Source: a virus. Taken from it: a stretch of DNA of 64,000 nt. Positions 34,923 through 46,340 of the stretch are shown in pieces (positions within the stretch are counted from its first letter, which is position 1; every line of letters begins with the position of its first letter). The position numbers were made by a program, and so were the translations under genes. The notes below the pieces were generated by a model. It saw only the letters and a list, made by a program, of their open reading frames with translations. It was not told where the DNA came from and made no database searches. The stretch lies in the IMG/VR virus record IMGVR_UViG_3300021963_004854, positions 1-64,000 of that record; one strand, 5' to 3'.

Positions 34923-37900
34923 TGTCTCAGGTACCTTCATACTATAAAAAGGTAGTATCAGCAACAATCGTATCTGGTGGCTCAGGGTATACCTCTGCAC
35001 CGGAAGTTACTTTTGTTGGAGGTAAATCTGGAACATCGAACAGTGCATTTTCGACTGCCGCCGGCACCGCAATAATTCAAAATGGCAGTGTTGTTTCTAT
35101 TGAAATTACAAATGAAGGGTTTGACTATCTTTCTACACCCGAAATTACATTTTCTGGCGGGGGTGGAAATGGTGCATCTGCTACAGCAAATCTATTAACA
35201 ATAGACAGTATCTACGGAGACTTCAAGGGTTCTCTGGGTCATTTGATTCAACATCAAGTCCCATCATTTGTTCGACAAGAATATCCGCAGTTTGTTTTAT
35301 TCCTTGAGAAATACTATCAGTTCTTAGAGCAAGATAATCAAGCTAATAACATTATTTTACAACTTGAATCATTTTCTGATATTCATAGAACATTAGATTT
35401 ATTCATTCCTCAATTTAGATCGCAGTATCTAAAGTATTTTCCTAAAAATACAAGAGTAGATGAAAGACTTCTCATAAAATTCATTAGAGATTTTTATGAG
35501 GCTAAAGGCTCTGAAAAATCTATCAAGTTTTTATTCCGTTTGCTATTTGATGAGAACGTTGAAATTTATTATCCGTCGGAGAATATTCTTCGGGCGTCTG
35601 ACGGTGTTTGGATCACAGACAATGTAATTAGACTTACACCCACGGATGGTGAAAATGTTTTCTCTCTAAAGGGTAAAATTGTCGATGTTGTTAGCTACTT
35701 GTCGATTGGCAGTATTACATCTCAGTTAAAAACCGAAGTAATTATTCTAGATGTTAGAAAACTAGCGTATACATCACCCGCAATCTATGAGCTAATTGTT
35801 GATAGAGACATTTCAAATATTCCAGTTCCTGGATTCGGTGCGACCGCTACAGTTGTTTTGGCGGAAGATTATACAATCGATACGATTGAATTAGATTCTG
35901 CTGGCTTTGGTTATTTTGCTAATCCGGCAATAGTTATAAACTCATATACCGGCACAGGTGGTGCAGCAAAAGCTGTTATCAATTCGTCTGGAAATATATC
36001 CGAAATAATTTTAACAGACCCGGGTTCTAAATACGGCGGCACAACAGCAGGCGGTGAAGACTATTATTTCGATGGTAATAATTTTCTTTCAGATGATGAC
36101 TGGCCGCAGGTTATAGACACAACATTCAGATTTAATTCCGATGACGCAACAGCGGTCACAGAAATTTATGTGAATAAAAATTCTATATATCGTGATAGCT
36201 CCACGTGGCTTGAAGATATTGCAGATCAAATTTCAAATACAGACGATACTGGCTATCTTACTTTATTCTCATCAACAAAGCAATTTCTATATAAAGTTAC
36301 TGCCGCGGCAGTTGATAACACTACATTATACGACTACTGGAAATTCATTGTCGAATATCAATGGGGTACCGATGGTAATTTCTCCAATGCAGAATCTTGC
36401 ACCATCGCTTTCTCGCCAACAATTGTTATTCCTTCTGTAGAATTTTCAACTGATAGCATTTCAACAAGCATTGTTTCGAAGACTACTCCAAATATCAATT
36501 ATGGTAATCTTCTTCGTATTCTAAGTTCGGTTAGCATAGGCGATGACACTCTTGCATCGGGAGAAACTAACTACGGTTTCAAAGAGAATACGATTTATGA
36601 TATCGTGGAATCAGGTTCAACGGGATTATATGCATACTCAGGTTATTTTGCCGGTGACTATGTTCAGCCGGGTATTAACAACAAGGCATCTATCAAGGTA
36701 ATTACTGTTAACGCAAACGGACTACCAACTAAGATTGCCATTGCATTCTCTGGTTATGGATTCCAATCACAAGAATTTACCGCGACGATTACTTCGCCCA
36801 ATGGCAGTCAATTGGATGTAGTTTGTGTAACCGGATCACAATTTACCACGACTGGTAGATTTAAAGATTCTCGCGGATTCCTTTCAGATGCTAATAAACT
36901 TCAAGACAACTACTATTACCAAAACTATTCTTATGTAGTTCGTTCAAGTGTTTCTGCTAGAAACTGGCTAGAAATTGTAAAGAATACAGTTCACCCTGCC
37001 GGTATGGCAATATTCGGCGAATTGATGATCAATCAAAATATTGATTTCAGTCAGAATATAACAGTTCTAGAAGATAAACTTCAACTTTATAGATTCCCAA
37101 TGGATGTTGCAATCGCATCGGTTCAAACATTCTCGTTCGGTGTTGAAATTTTAAAGTCAACTTCTGATACAGCAACACAAAAAGAATTTGACCGTGCTAC
37201 AGATTATCTAGTAGCATTCGCTAAAGTTACTTCCGACCAAACTACAAATTATGATGACCAAACCACCGAAGTTGGAAAGAATGTAGATGATTCTGTTGCC
37301 TCTGCCGACTTCCTTGATAGAGACACAAATATAATTGTCTCATATAATAGAGAGCCAGAAGATGTTGCAACTACAAGCGAAGCTCTTGACTTCGATCTAG
37401 GCACATCTAGAAGTGATACGGCAACACAAAAAGAATTTGACCGTGATGCGGACTATCTAGTAAACTTCTCTAAACTTATAACATATCAAGACGATCTTGA
37501 GCTGGTGGGTGATTATGTATTTGACCCTGCGACTCCGTATTTCGCAGAAAATTATGTCGAAGAACCTGGTCTAGCTCAAATTCTTGTTAACACAATAGAT
37601 GTTACAGATATAGAAACTGGTAAAAATATTAGTGATACCGCGTCAACTATTGCGGACATTGATAATTTCATTGTATATAAAGTTCTTGTAGATACTGTGA
37701 TTGCAACGGATACAATCCAGTCAATTGAACCGATGTTTATGATTCCAAATGATGACCCAATCATCACGGACATTGCTGAAATTACAACACATAAATTCTT
37801 GACTGACGGTGTTACTACTAGCGACACTCATAGTAAAAACATTCTCCAGGCAATTGAGGAAAGTATACCACACGGTGTAAACGAAGATATTAGTATTATT

Positions 37901-38077
37901 GAGCCGGGTAAAGCGGCTCAATCTACTCTTCACACAATGGAACATATATATTCTGATATCAATAAAAACCCAACAGAAACTACAACCACAACTGATACAG
38001 GTCTTATAAATATACAAGACTATTGGTCAGCAGATTTTGCGTCCGGGGATTATGTCGGCGCAGGCTATTCATTTTAA
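34922..38077 (+). CDS. gp7: Baseplate wedge initiator gp7-like protein
   Basis: FLEKYYQFLE, FYEAKGSE.SI.FLFRLLF, LQDNYYYQNYSY, VHPAG; lies between gp6 and gp8. Confidence 0.75.
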   Translation: MSQVPSYYKKVVSATIVSGGSGYTSAPEVTFVGGKSGTSNSAFSTAAGTAIIQNGSVVSIEITNEGFDYLSTPEITFSGGGGNGASATANLLTIDSIYGDFKGSLGHLIQHQVPSFVRQEYPQFVLFLEKYYQFLEQDNQANNIILQLESFSDIHRTLDLFIPQFRSQYLKYFPKNTRVDERLLIKFIRDFYEAKGSEKSIKFLFRLLFDENVEIYYPSENILRASDGVWITDNVIRLTPTDGENVFSLKGKIVDVVSYLSIGSITSQLKTEVIILDVRKLAYTSPAIYELIVDRDISNIPVPGFGATATVVLAEDYTIDTIELDSAGFGYFANPAIVINSYTGTGGAAKAVINSSGNISEIILTDPGSKYGGTTAGGEDYYFDGNNFLSDDDWPQVIDTTFRFNSDDATAVTEIYVNKNSIYRDSSTWLEDIADQISNTDDTGYLTLFSSTKQFLYKVTAAAVDNTTLYDYWKFIVEYQWGTDGNFSNAESCTIAFSPTIVIPSVEFSTDSISTSIVSKTTPNINYGNLLRILSSVSIGDDTLASGETNYGFKENTIYDIVESGSTGLYAYSGYFAGDYVQPGINNKASIKVITVNANGLPTKIAIAFSGYGFQSQEFTATITSPNGSQLDVVCVTGSQFTTTGRFKDSRGFLSDANKLQDNYYYQNYSYVVRSSVSARNWLEIVKNTVHPAGMAIFGELMINQNIDFSQNITVLEDKLQLYRFPMDVAIASVQTFSFGVEILKSTSDTATQKEFDRATDYLVAFAKVTSDQTTNYDDQTTEVGKNVDDSVASADFLDRDTNIIVSYNREPEDVATTSEALDFDLGTSRSDTATQKEFDRDADYLVNFSKLITYQDDLELVGDYVFDPATPYFAENYVEEPGLAQILVNTIDVTDIETGKNISDTASTIADIDNFIVYKVLVDTVIATDTIQSIEPMFMIPNDDPIITDIAEITTHKFLTDGVTTSDTHSKNILQAIEESIPHGVNEDISIIEPGKAAQSTLHTMEHIYSDINKNPTETTTTTDTGLINIQDYWSADFASGDYVGAGYSF
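37165..37475 (+). repeat. Internal direct repeat of about 60 bp in the gp7-like gene
   Basis: TGATAC.GCAACACAAAAAGAATTTGACCGTG at 37165 and 37414 (SDTATQKEFDR..DYLV.F.K twice). Confidence 0.85.
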
Positions 38078-38096
38078 ACAAGAAGGTAATTGACAT

Positions 38097-38537
38097 ATGA
38101 TCAAAGAATTTCTCAGCGCAAAGGGTGTTCTATCAATCGCAGTTCGCGATGAAACAGGAGCATTGAAGCAAGAATACGAGGCAACAAATCTTGTTGTCGA
38201 TACTGGTCTTGCTTACATTGCATCCCGTATGAAGGACACATCTAAAACCGCAATGTCTCACATGGCAATCGGTTCGGGTTCAACTGCACCTGCAGCGGGT
38301 AACACAACACTTGGCTCACAACTAGGTCGCGTTGCCCTAACTTCGACTACTGTAACAGCAAACTCAGTAGAGTATATCGCATCATTCCCTGCTGGTACTG
38401 GCACTGGTGCAGTAACAGAAGCTGGCATTCTAAATGCATCATCTGGTGGTGATCTTCTTTGCCGCACAACCTTTGATGTTATCAACAAGGCTGCTGGCGA
38501 CTCGATGACCATCACTTGGACGGTAACTGTAGAATAA
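38097..38537 (+). CDS. Virion structural protein (baseplate/fibre-associated)
   Basis: NLVV..G, MAIGSG, F.AG.GTGA.TEAGI, INK...DS..ITW; late promoter upstream. Confidence 0.7.
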   Translation: MIKEFLSAKGVLSIAVRDETGALKQEYEATNLVVDTGLAYIASRMKDTSKTAMSHMAIGSGSTAPAAGNTTLGSQLGRVALTSTTVTANSVEYIASFPAGTGTGAVTEAGILNASSGGDLLCRTTFDVINKAAGDSMTITWTVTVE

Positions 38538-38551
38538 TAGGTATATAAACT

Positions 38552-40165
38552 GTGCCTATTCTTCTGTGTAATCAGGCTAGAACGGAACTCGCTAGAAGTT
38601 TCTATCGTGACATAGCAAATGAAAATGATTTTTTGTATTTCTATGTTGCTAGAACTCAGGTGTGGAACGACGAAGAGGATCCGGAAACTCCTGTAGATTC
38701 CGTATCTTATATCAATGCGTCTAGAAAAAATATGATGTTAATGCGTAGAGTAACATCTGCGGATGCGGTATTGATGGCGACAAGATATGATTGGGTTTCT
38801 GGTACTGTTTATGATCACTATGATGATAAACTTGGTACCCTAATTGACCCGACAGACCCTGCATCTGAAATCTATACATCATATTCGGGCGCATCCACAC
38901 TTAAAGATGCTATCTTTTATGTCATGACCGATGAATATAATGTGTATAAGTGTTTAGACAATAATAACGATTCTCCTAGCACGGTTCAGCCCACAGGCAC
39001 AGATATATCTACTTTTGAAACCGCAGATGGCTATATTTGGAAGTTTCTATTTAGAGTAGAAACTGCCGATAGAATTAAGTTCCTGACTCCAGACTATATT
39101 CCAGTTCGGAAAATGTCCGGGGTTGGAATTCCTCTGTATGATGTAAACGGCATCATTGATGATATTAATCTAGTAGATGGTGGCTCTGGCTACACTTCGC
39201 CACCAACAATTGTAATTCATGGTGATGGAACAGGTGCAGTTGCTACAGCGACTTTATCTGGCAATTCAGTTGCAAGTATTAACCTCAATAATGCAGGTAG
39301 CGGATATACGTTTGCATATGTTACGTTCGAAAGCTCAAGTGGCGATGGCGCAACTGCCGAAGTTATCTTAGGTGGAATTGATTCGACTACGCCGCAACAA
39401 GATGTTGAAAGCGCCGCAATTGGTGGAACCGTTGATAAGATCAATATTATTAATACGGGCGTGGACTACATTCCGGGTGATGTAATTGTTACGATTTCTG
39501 GAGATGGCTCAGGCGCAGAAGCTATTGCTACCGTAGATGATAATGGCGAAATTGCCGCAATCACGGTTACAGATGTTGGCTCTGGCTACTCATATGCAAA
39601 TGTTACTATAACAAATAACGTAGGGATTGGCACAGGCGCAACCGCAAGAGCGATTGTCTCTCCTCTATATGGTCACGGCGGAAATGCACAGAGAGAACTT
39701 TTTGCTGACAAAGTTTGTATCTCTGTAAATCTAGATAACGATACTTCCGATTATTTCTTTAACAACGATTTTAGACAACTTGGTCTAATTAAGAATGTTA
39801 CTGAATATGAATCTACAAATTATTTTACTGACCAAACAGGCACAACACTTCATAAAATTGAAGTAGATGATATAACAAAATATAATATAGATGATATCGT
39901 TATTACAGATAGCGGTGGTAAATTCACAGTCATCAATATTGACCAAACCAACAATCTAATTGGTCTTTTATCCGATGTTGATCTAATAACATCCGAGAGT
40001 ATAATTACAAATTTGACTACCGGTGATGATAATTTGACTATAAATAGTCTTACTGAGCCTGAAATTGATTCTAAAACTGGTACTGTATTGTATATCGATA
40101 ACAGAACCTATATAATCAGACAGGAAGATCAGGTAGAAAAGATTAGAACTATCTTACAGTTTTAA
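38552..40165 (+). CDS. gp8: Baseplate wedge subunit gp8
   Basis: FYVMT.EYNVYKCLDN, DGYIWKFLF, GHG, NDFRQ.G, Q.E.I..IL.F. Confidence 0.88.
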   Translation: MPILLCNQARTELARSFYRDIANENDFLYFYVARTQVWNDEEDPETPVDSVSYINASRKNMMLMRRVTSADAVLMATRYDWVSGTVYDHYDDKLGTLIDPTDPASEIYTSYSGASTLKDAIFYVMTDEYNVYKCLDNNNDSPSTVQPTGTDISTFETADGYIWKFLFRVETADRIKFLTPDYIPVRKMSGVGIPLYDVNGIIDDINLVDGGSGYTSPPTIVIHGDGTGAVATATLSGNSVASINLNNAGSGYTFAYVTFESSSGDGATAEVILGGIDSTTPQQDVESAAIGGTVDKINIINTGVDYIPGDVIVTISGDGSGAEAIATVDDNGEIAAITVTDVGSGYSYANVTITNNVGIGTGATARAIVSPLYGHGGNAQRELFADKVCISVNLDNDTSDYFFNNDFRQLGLIKNVTEYESTNYFTDQTGTTLHKIEVDDITKYNIDDIVITDSGGKFTVINIDQTNNLIGLLSDVDLITSESIITNLTTGDDNLTINSLTEPEIDSKTGTVLYIDNRTYIIRQEDQVEKIRTILQF

Positions 40166-40180
40166 GAGAGAATTGAACAC

Positions 40181-43100
40181 ATGGCACTGAATTTAAATGT
40201 TTTTCCTTATTTTGATGATACAGCCGGACTTGCTGGCGCGGATCTAAAAAATTATAATAGAATTCTATTCAAGCCAGGCTATGCAGTTCAAGCAAGAGAG
40301 TTGACTCAACTCCAGTCCGTTCTTCAAGGACAAATTGGTAAATTTGGCAATAAGATTTTTACTAACGGCTCTGTAATCTCGGGCTGCGAAGAAACGTTTG
40401 ATACTCGGTTATCTTATGTGAAAATTATAGACCAGGATTCGAGTGGGAACGAACTATCGAATGACTTATCTGCATATGTAGGAGACGAACTTGTTTCTCC
40501 CACTGGCATGAAAGCAGTCATTGTTGATTACGTTCCTGGGAATACCTCCTCGCAGCCAGATTTAAAAACATTCTATCTAAGATATGTTAGTGGTGATAAC
40601 TCTGATTATTCACACTTCTGGTTAGGCGAAACGCTTGAAGTAGAGTCAACGAATTCGGGTAGAAATGGTGATACGTTCGTAGTAGATTCGACGTATGGTC
40701 TTTCTGGCACATCTGAATATGATGCCGTGGGTCATGCTTCTGTAATGTCTATTAAAGATGGTCTAATTTATTTTGACGACAAATTTGCATATTTTTCTGC
40801 ACAGAATGTAGTAATTTCAAAGTATGCAAATAAAGTAACTGGGGTCGTTGGTTTTGAACTCGAAGAAAGCATTGTAAGCGCCGAAGAAGATCAAACACTT
40901 CTAGATCCTGCACAGGGAACATTTAACTATCTTGCGCCAGGTGCTGATAGACTCAAGCTGACTTTAAATCTAAAGTTCTATCGCTGGGATGAAACACCAC
41001 CTGCCAATTTCGCTGAATATCTAAAAATTCAAGCGGGTGAGGTTCTTCGCAAGAAGGATAACAATAATATCTATGCAGATATTTACGATATGATTGCCAC
41101 CAGAACGTTTGAAGAATCTGGCAACTATACCGTAAAAGCACCAGCACTTCATATCAGAGAACACTTGAACGATGGTTCAAATTACGGTGTATTCACTGCG
41201 GGTGAAGGTGGCGATGCTAGAAAACTTTGGGCTGGCGTTGAAGCATCTACGTTCTATGTTGGCGGAAGAAGACATTCACCTGCTACTACAACACCGCTCG
41301 TTCTATATAAGGGAGTTGATAACGTAGCAATTACGGATCTACCCCTTACTTTCGATTACGGAAATTATGTAGAAGTAAATCAGCTTGCTGGTGTATGGAG
41401 CATTAGTGCAGGTACCCTAGTAACTCTATACGACGAAGCAAATACTGTTGTTACAGATGGGACGTTCTCGAATTCCACTGTTACTGGCACTGCTATTGGT
41501 ACCGCCAGAGTCCGTCAACTTGTCTATGTGTCTGGTACTCCTGGTGCTGCAAATGCCGTCTACAGAATGTATCTGTATGATGTGACAATGACAACTGGTG
41601 CGTTCTCAGACGTTGGATGTGTATATTACAATAACGGCACTGCAAAGGGCTTTGCAGATGTTATCAGCGGCACACTAGTTGATAGCAATTATGACCGCTC
41701 TCTAATTAGATTCCCATTCCGTGCGCTTAAAACAACGAAGCCGGATGGTACCACATTTAATAACAATTTCTTATACACGAAAGAAATTGATGGTCAGATC
41801 GACACTAACGGGTCAATTACACTAAACGTTTCTGGAAAAGAAAGATTCCAGACAGGTACAAGTGGAACATTCCTAAAAGAGAACTATATTATGGTTCTCG
41901 GTGCAAACGTTACGCTTGATGGCACATTGCGATACAAGGGTGAGTTTGTAAATCTTTCATCGGCAACGGCAACTGTTGGTGGTGGTGGAACTTCTCTCAC
42001 TATCGATCTTCCTGGCACAGCTTCCGCAATTACAGCGGTAAAAGTTTATGCTAACATTTCAGTTAGCAATGGTGACCCAACTCTAAAGCAATTGCGCGAA
42101 AATATATACGTTAAGGTAGATACGGCAACTGCTGGTGCGAGTGGAACATATCCATTAGGCTTCTCAGATGTTTATAGAATTGTTTCTATTAAGATGGGCG
42201 CATCTAGTGCGCTTTATGAGACTATTGCCGCGTCTGGTCAAGATGTAACTTCTGAATTTTTACTAGATACTGGTCAGACCGATACCCTTTATAAAACATC
42301 AAAAATTGTAAAGAAAGCTACAAGTTCTCTCGGCAGCTTGGCTAATAAGAAACTGGTCATCAAGCTAGACTACTTCACCCATGACGGCAACTCGCCATCT
42401 GGGACTTTCTTCACAATTGATTCATATCCAATTGATGATACTGGTGTAGCTGCTGGCACAATTAAGACGCAAGATATTCCAACGTATCTTTCTCCTACGA
42501 CAAAAGAAACATACGATCTAAGAGATGTTTTAGATTATCGTGGAAGAATTGCTGATACTGCTTCAAGAACTACAGTTCTGGCCGATGCATCGGAGAATCC
42601 AACTGTTGGTACTGCACTATCGACACCTGTAGTTGGTTACACTTCTCCGGTAGTTAATACAGATTTCACGACAGACGTTTCATATTATCTTGCCAGACAA
42701 GATAGAATTGTTGTGGGTCTAACTGGTGAATTCAGAGTCATCACTGGTACATCAAGTATTACACCTGTTGTTCCTGTTGAGCCTGAAAATACGATGACAG
42801 TTGCTACTGTCTATATTCCGCCTTATCCATCACTCTCGGCTCAAGCGGCAACACTAGCAAATAGATCAGATTATACTGTTTCCTCGACTGCGGTTGAAAA
42901 CAGACGATATACAATGCGTGATATTGGCGCACTGGAAAAGAGAATCAATCGTCTAGAATATTATGCATCTCTATCTCTCCTGGAGCAATCTGCGGCTTCG
43001 ATGACCGTTCCAGATGCAAATGGTTTAGATCGTTTTAAGAATGGTATTCTAGTAGATTCGTTCATGGGACACAACATTGGTAATGTGTATGATGGAAATT

Positions 43101-46100
43101 ATCATTGCGCAATTGATCCTATCAATAGAGAACTAAGACCATATTTCAATTTAGAAAATATCGACGTAAATCTAAACTGGTCAAAGAGCGCGTATGTTAG
43201 AAAAACTGGTGACCTTCTAACTCTTCCATATGTCGAAACTGAATATATGGCAAACAATTCTTATTCAAAGATAAGAAATTGTGTTAGTGAACTTCTGTTC
43301 GATTATATGGGTGATATTAGCATGGATCCGCCAGACGATAACTGGTTCGATACTACTGCTATAACTCCATCACAAATTAATATTGAGGGAACCGCAGACG
43401 CATGGAATAATCTAGCGGATGCATGGGGAACACAATGGGGTGATTGGAGCACCAATTGGACGGGTGAGGAGACGACTCGAGGTCCAGTCACTGCGGGCAC
43501 TCCTTTTGTCGGTGGCGACGGTAGAACAGTATATCAAAGTCAAACACAACAAGTTACCACAACTAGAACTGGCACTCAAACGAGGGCGGGAACACAACTC
43601 GACGTTTCAACATCGACAATTCCACAAACTCAAACAACCGGCGCTAGAGTAGTTGACGTTTCAGTTATTCCATATATGCGCTCGAAGGTTATAACCTTCA
43701 AAGCAAAAAGATTAAAGCCCAATACAAGGGTTTATCCATTCTTTGATGGTATGGATGTATCGGCACATTGTCGTCCAATCTCAACCTTGCTTGTAGATTA
43801 TCAACCAGAAGACCCAACTTCTGGCTACCTAGACGCTTCATTCCTAATCGCAGGTAAAGAAGCATATGGTTCAACTCTAGTATCGGATTCAGAGGGTGTA
43901 GTCTGCGGTCACTTCTTGATTCCAGAAAATACATTCAAAACCGGTTCTAAGATTTTCAGACTTGTTGACGACAAGTTTAATAGATCGTCATTTACAACCA
44001 CATGGGCAAATGTAACGTTCACCGCTAGTGGTTTTAATCAGACGGTACAAGATACGGTTGTATCTACTCGTCAGGTACAACTTGCGGTATCAACAGTTAA
44101 TGACAGCGAAAACTTGAGACAATCATCTACAGTTGAGTCTCGCTTAGGCGACAGAGTAGTTGGAACACTTCCACCTCCACCTCCGCCGCCGCCACCAACT
44201 GTAATCTATGTTGAACAATCTACTACACCATCGCCAGTTGTAACTTCGACGCCTGGTCCTACTCCATCGTCTACAGTAAATGTTCCGACAAGCACAACCA
44301 CAACAGCTGGACCAACTTCTACAACTACAACAGCGGGACCATCGCCCTCTACTACAACTACAACTACGGGGAAAGTGCAGCCCCCGGTACAGCCGCCGCC
44401 GTCAACAACTCCAGACCCATGCGCGACGGTTGAAGTATGCTCGCCGCCATGGACGGAAACAATCACAAGCATCGAATATGTTGATGTTCCTGATGTATGG
44501 CGTTATGGTAGCGAAATTTACGGTGGTTTTTATCCTTGGGCAGAAACAGTTCAGGCGCCGCCTAAGGTTATTACTGAAACTGTCACGCATGAAGGCATTT
44601 GCACTCAATTTAATCCGTGTGAAGTTGCGACAATTCAAATCGGACCGTTTGGCTTCGACCCTATCGCACAAACATTCTTTGTTTCCGGAATGAAAGATGG
44701 CATGTTTGTAACATCGCTCGATCTTCGTTTCCAAAGTAAGTCGACCACAATGGGCGTAACTGTTCAACTTCGCGAAGTTGAAAATGGATATCCTAGCAAC
44801 AGAGTTATTCCTTTTGCAGAGAAGTTCTTGGCTCCATCAGATGTTGACGTTAGCGAAGATGGTACCGCACTTACTAGTTTTGTATTCCCATCACCAGTCT
44901 ACCTAAAGACTGAAACTGAATATTGCTTCGTGGTTCTTCCTCAGGGCAATAGTCCAGACTATAATCTTTGGGTGTCTGAATTAGGTGAAAACCAGTATAA
45001 TACAAATACAAGAATTTCTCAACAGCCTAATGCTGGTGTTCTATTCACTTCTGCGAATAATAGAACATGGACGGCATGGCAGTCAGAAGACATTTCATTC
45101 CAATTGAACCGAGCATCATTCTCAATTGGCTTGCCGGGTGTTGCCACATTCTCGAATTACAATACTGATTATCTGAAACTTGCAGATTATACTAATGGAT
45201 ATTTCAATCCGGGTGATGCAATCTACAGCTATAATATTCAAATTGAAGACGGTGGCACAGGCTATAGCAACGCAACTGTTTCGGGAACACTTACGGGCGG
45301 TAATGGAACTGGTGCGACTGTAGCAGTAACAATTTCTGGCGGTTCTGTCACTAACGTGGTTGTTACAAATCCAGGTATTGGTTACACTACTGCGCCAACC
45401 GGAATTAGTTTTACTAGTGGCTCGCCAACAACAGTAGCTTCGTTTTCAATCGAATATGTGAAGGGTATTGTCAAAGAAGTCAATACTTTCTACGGTGTGG
45501 CAGAAGTATCTGTTATGGGTTCGGTTGCATTTGTCGCAGGCAATAGAATAACAAATAATTCTACTATTGCTACCATTTCAGAAATTCAAGATAAGAAGGC
45601 GAACTTAGTAAGAACTAACGTTGCGTCTATGTCACCAAATAGCACTGAATTGAATTGGGGATTAGGTCTATCACAATCAGCCGATACGGCAGGTCCTGCC
45701 GGTCTTATTGGTATGATTAAAGATCAGGATCTTCTTCTTCCAGCAGAATCTTATGTTCGCTCATACTCGAATGAACTTGAAGTTCTAGGTGGAAACAAAT
45801 CGACAGAATTTAGTGCCGTGTTTGGCACTAGAAACGAAGCAGTTTCGCCGGTTATTGATATGAAGAAAAATTCTTTAATCATTGTTCGAAATGATATCAA
45901 TAACGATGCAACTAATGAAACATCTAATCGTGGTAATGCAGCATCTAGATATATCTCAAGAAATGTAATTCTTGAGGACGGCCAAGATGCAGAAGATATG
46001 AAAATATATCTATCGAGTCTTCTGCCAGCTGGTACAGATGTTAAGGTGTATGGTAAATTCAGAAATGTCGATGACGCAACGGCACTAGATGATATCGATT

Positions 46101-46339
46101 GGATTGAACTAGAGCGTGAAGTTGAGCCAACCGTGGCATCCAGAAAAACGCAGACAGATTATGTCTACAATATTCCAGATGCCTATAAGAACGGCGATAA
46201 CGTATATACATATAATATAGGCTCTTCACCAGTTACGGGCTTCAAGACTTTTGCTGTTAAAATTGTTCCTCTATCGGATAATACTTCTGTTATTCCTGTA
46301 ATCAAGGATTTCAGAGCAATAGCACTACAGAGATATTGA
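40181..46339 (+). CDS. Large virion structural protein, VrlC/DUF4815-like
   Basis: PYFDD, LFKPG.AVQARELTQLQ, APGADR, RT.EESGNY, RRYTMRDIG.LEKRI..LEYY, RFKNG..VD.F, DP.AQTF. Confidence 0.85.
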   Translation: MALNLNVFPYFDDTAGLAGADLKNYNRILFKPGYAVQARELTQLQSVLQGQIGKFGNKIFTNGSVISGCEETFDTRLSYVKIIDQDSSGNELSNDLSAYVGDELVSPTGMKAVIVDYVPGNTSSQPDLKTFYLRYVSGDNSDYSHFWLGETLEVESTNSGRNGDTFVVDSTYGLSGTSEYDAVGHASVMSIKDGLIYFDDKFAYFSAQNVVISKYANKVTGVVGFELEESIVSAEEDQTLLDPAQGTFNYLAPGADRLKLTLNLKFYRWDETPPANFAEYLKIQAGEVLRKKDNNNIYADIYDMIATRTFEESGNYTVKAPALHIREHLNDGSNYGVFTAGEGGDARKLWAGVEASTFYVGGRRHSPATTTPLVLYKGVDNVAITDLPLTFDYGNYVEVNQLAGVWSISAGTLVTLYDEANTVVTDGTFSNSTVTGTAIGTARVRQLVYVSGTPGAANAVYRMYLYDVTMTTGAFSDVGCVYYNNGTAKGFADVISGTLVDSNYDRSLIRFPFRALKTTKPDGTTFNNNFLYTKEIDGQIDTNGSITLNVSGKERFQTGTSGTFLKENYIMVLGANVTLDGTLRYKGEFVNLSSATATVGGGGTSLTIDLPGTASAITAVKVYANISVSNGDPTLKQLRENIYVKVDTATAGASGTYPLGFSDVYRIVSIKMGASSALYETIAASGQDVTSEFLLDTGQTDTLYKTSKIVKKATSSLGSLANKKLVIKLDYFTHDGNSPSGTFFTIDSYPIDDTGVAAGTIKTQDIPTYLSPTTKETYDLRDVLDYRGRIADTASRTTVLADASENPTVGTALSTPVVGYTSPVVNTDFTTDVSYYLARQDRIVVGLTGEFRVITGTSSITPVVPVEPENTMTVATVYIPPYPSLSAQAATLANRSDYTVSSTAVENRRYTMRDIGALEKRINRLEYYASLSLLEQSAASMTVPDANGLDRFKNGILVDSFMGHNIGNVYDGNYHCAIDPINRELRPYFNLENIDVNLNWSKSAYVRKTGDLLTLPYVETEYMANNSYSKIRNCVSELLFDYMGDISMDPPDDNWFDTTAITPSQINIEGTADAWNNLADAWGTQWGDWSTNWTGEETTRGPVTAGTPFVGGDGRTVYQSQTQQVTTTRTGTQTRAGTQLDVSTSTIPQTQTTGARVVDVSVIPYMRSKVITFKAKRLKPNTRVYPFFDGMDVSAHCRPISTLLVDYQPEDPTSGYLDASFLIAGKEAYGSTLVSDSEGVVCGHFLIPENTFKTGSKIFRLVDDKFNRSSFTTTWANVTFTASGFNQTVQDTVVSTRQVQLAVSTVNDSENLRQSSTVESRLGDRVVGTLPPPPPPPPPTVIYVEQSTTPSPVVTSTPGPTPSSTVNVPTSTTTTAGPTSTTTTAGPSPSTTTTTTGKVQPPVQPPPSTTPDPCATVEVCSPPWTETITSIEYVDVPDVWRYGSEIYGGFYPWAETVQAPPKVITETVTHEGICTQFNPCEVATIQIGPFGFDPIAQTFFVSGMKDGMFVTSLDLRFQSKSTTMGVTVQLREVENGYPSNRVIPFAEKFLAPSDVDVSEDGTALTSFVFPSPVYLKTETEYCFVVLPQGNSPDYNLWVSELGENQYNTNTRISQQPNAGVLFTSANNRTWTAWQSEDISFQLNRASFSIGLPGVATFSNYNTDYLKLADYTNGYFNPGDAIYSYNIQIEDGGTGYSNATVSGTLTGGNGTGATVAVTISGGSVTNVVVTNPGIGYTTAPTGISFTSGSPTTVASFSIEYVKGIVKEVNTFYGVAEVSVMGSVAFVAGNRITNNSTIATISEIQDKKANLVRTNVASMSPNSTELNWGLGLSQSADTAGPAGLIGMIKDQDLLLPAESYVRSYSNELEVLGGNKSTEFSAVFGTRNEAVSPVIDMKKNSLIIVRNDINNDATNETSNRGNAASRYISRNVILEDGQDAEDMKIYLSSLLPAGTDVKVYGKFRNVDDATALDDIDWIELEREVEPTVASRKTQTDYVYNIPDAYKNGDNVYTYNIGSSPVTGFKTFAVKIVPLSDNTSVIPVIKDFRAIALQRY

Positions 46340-46340
46340 T

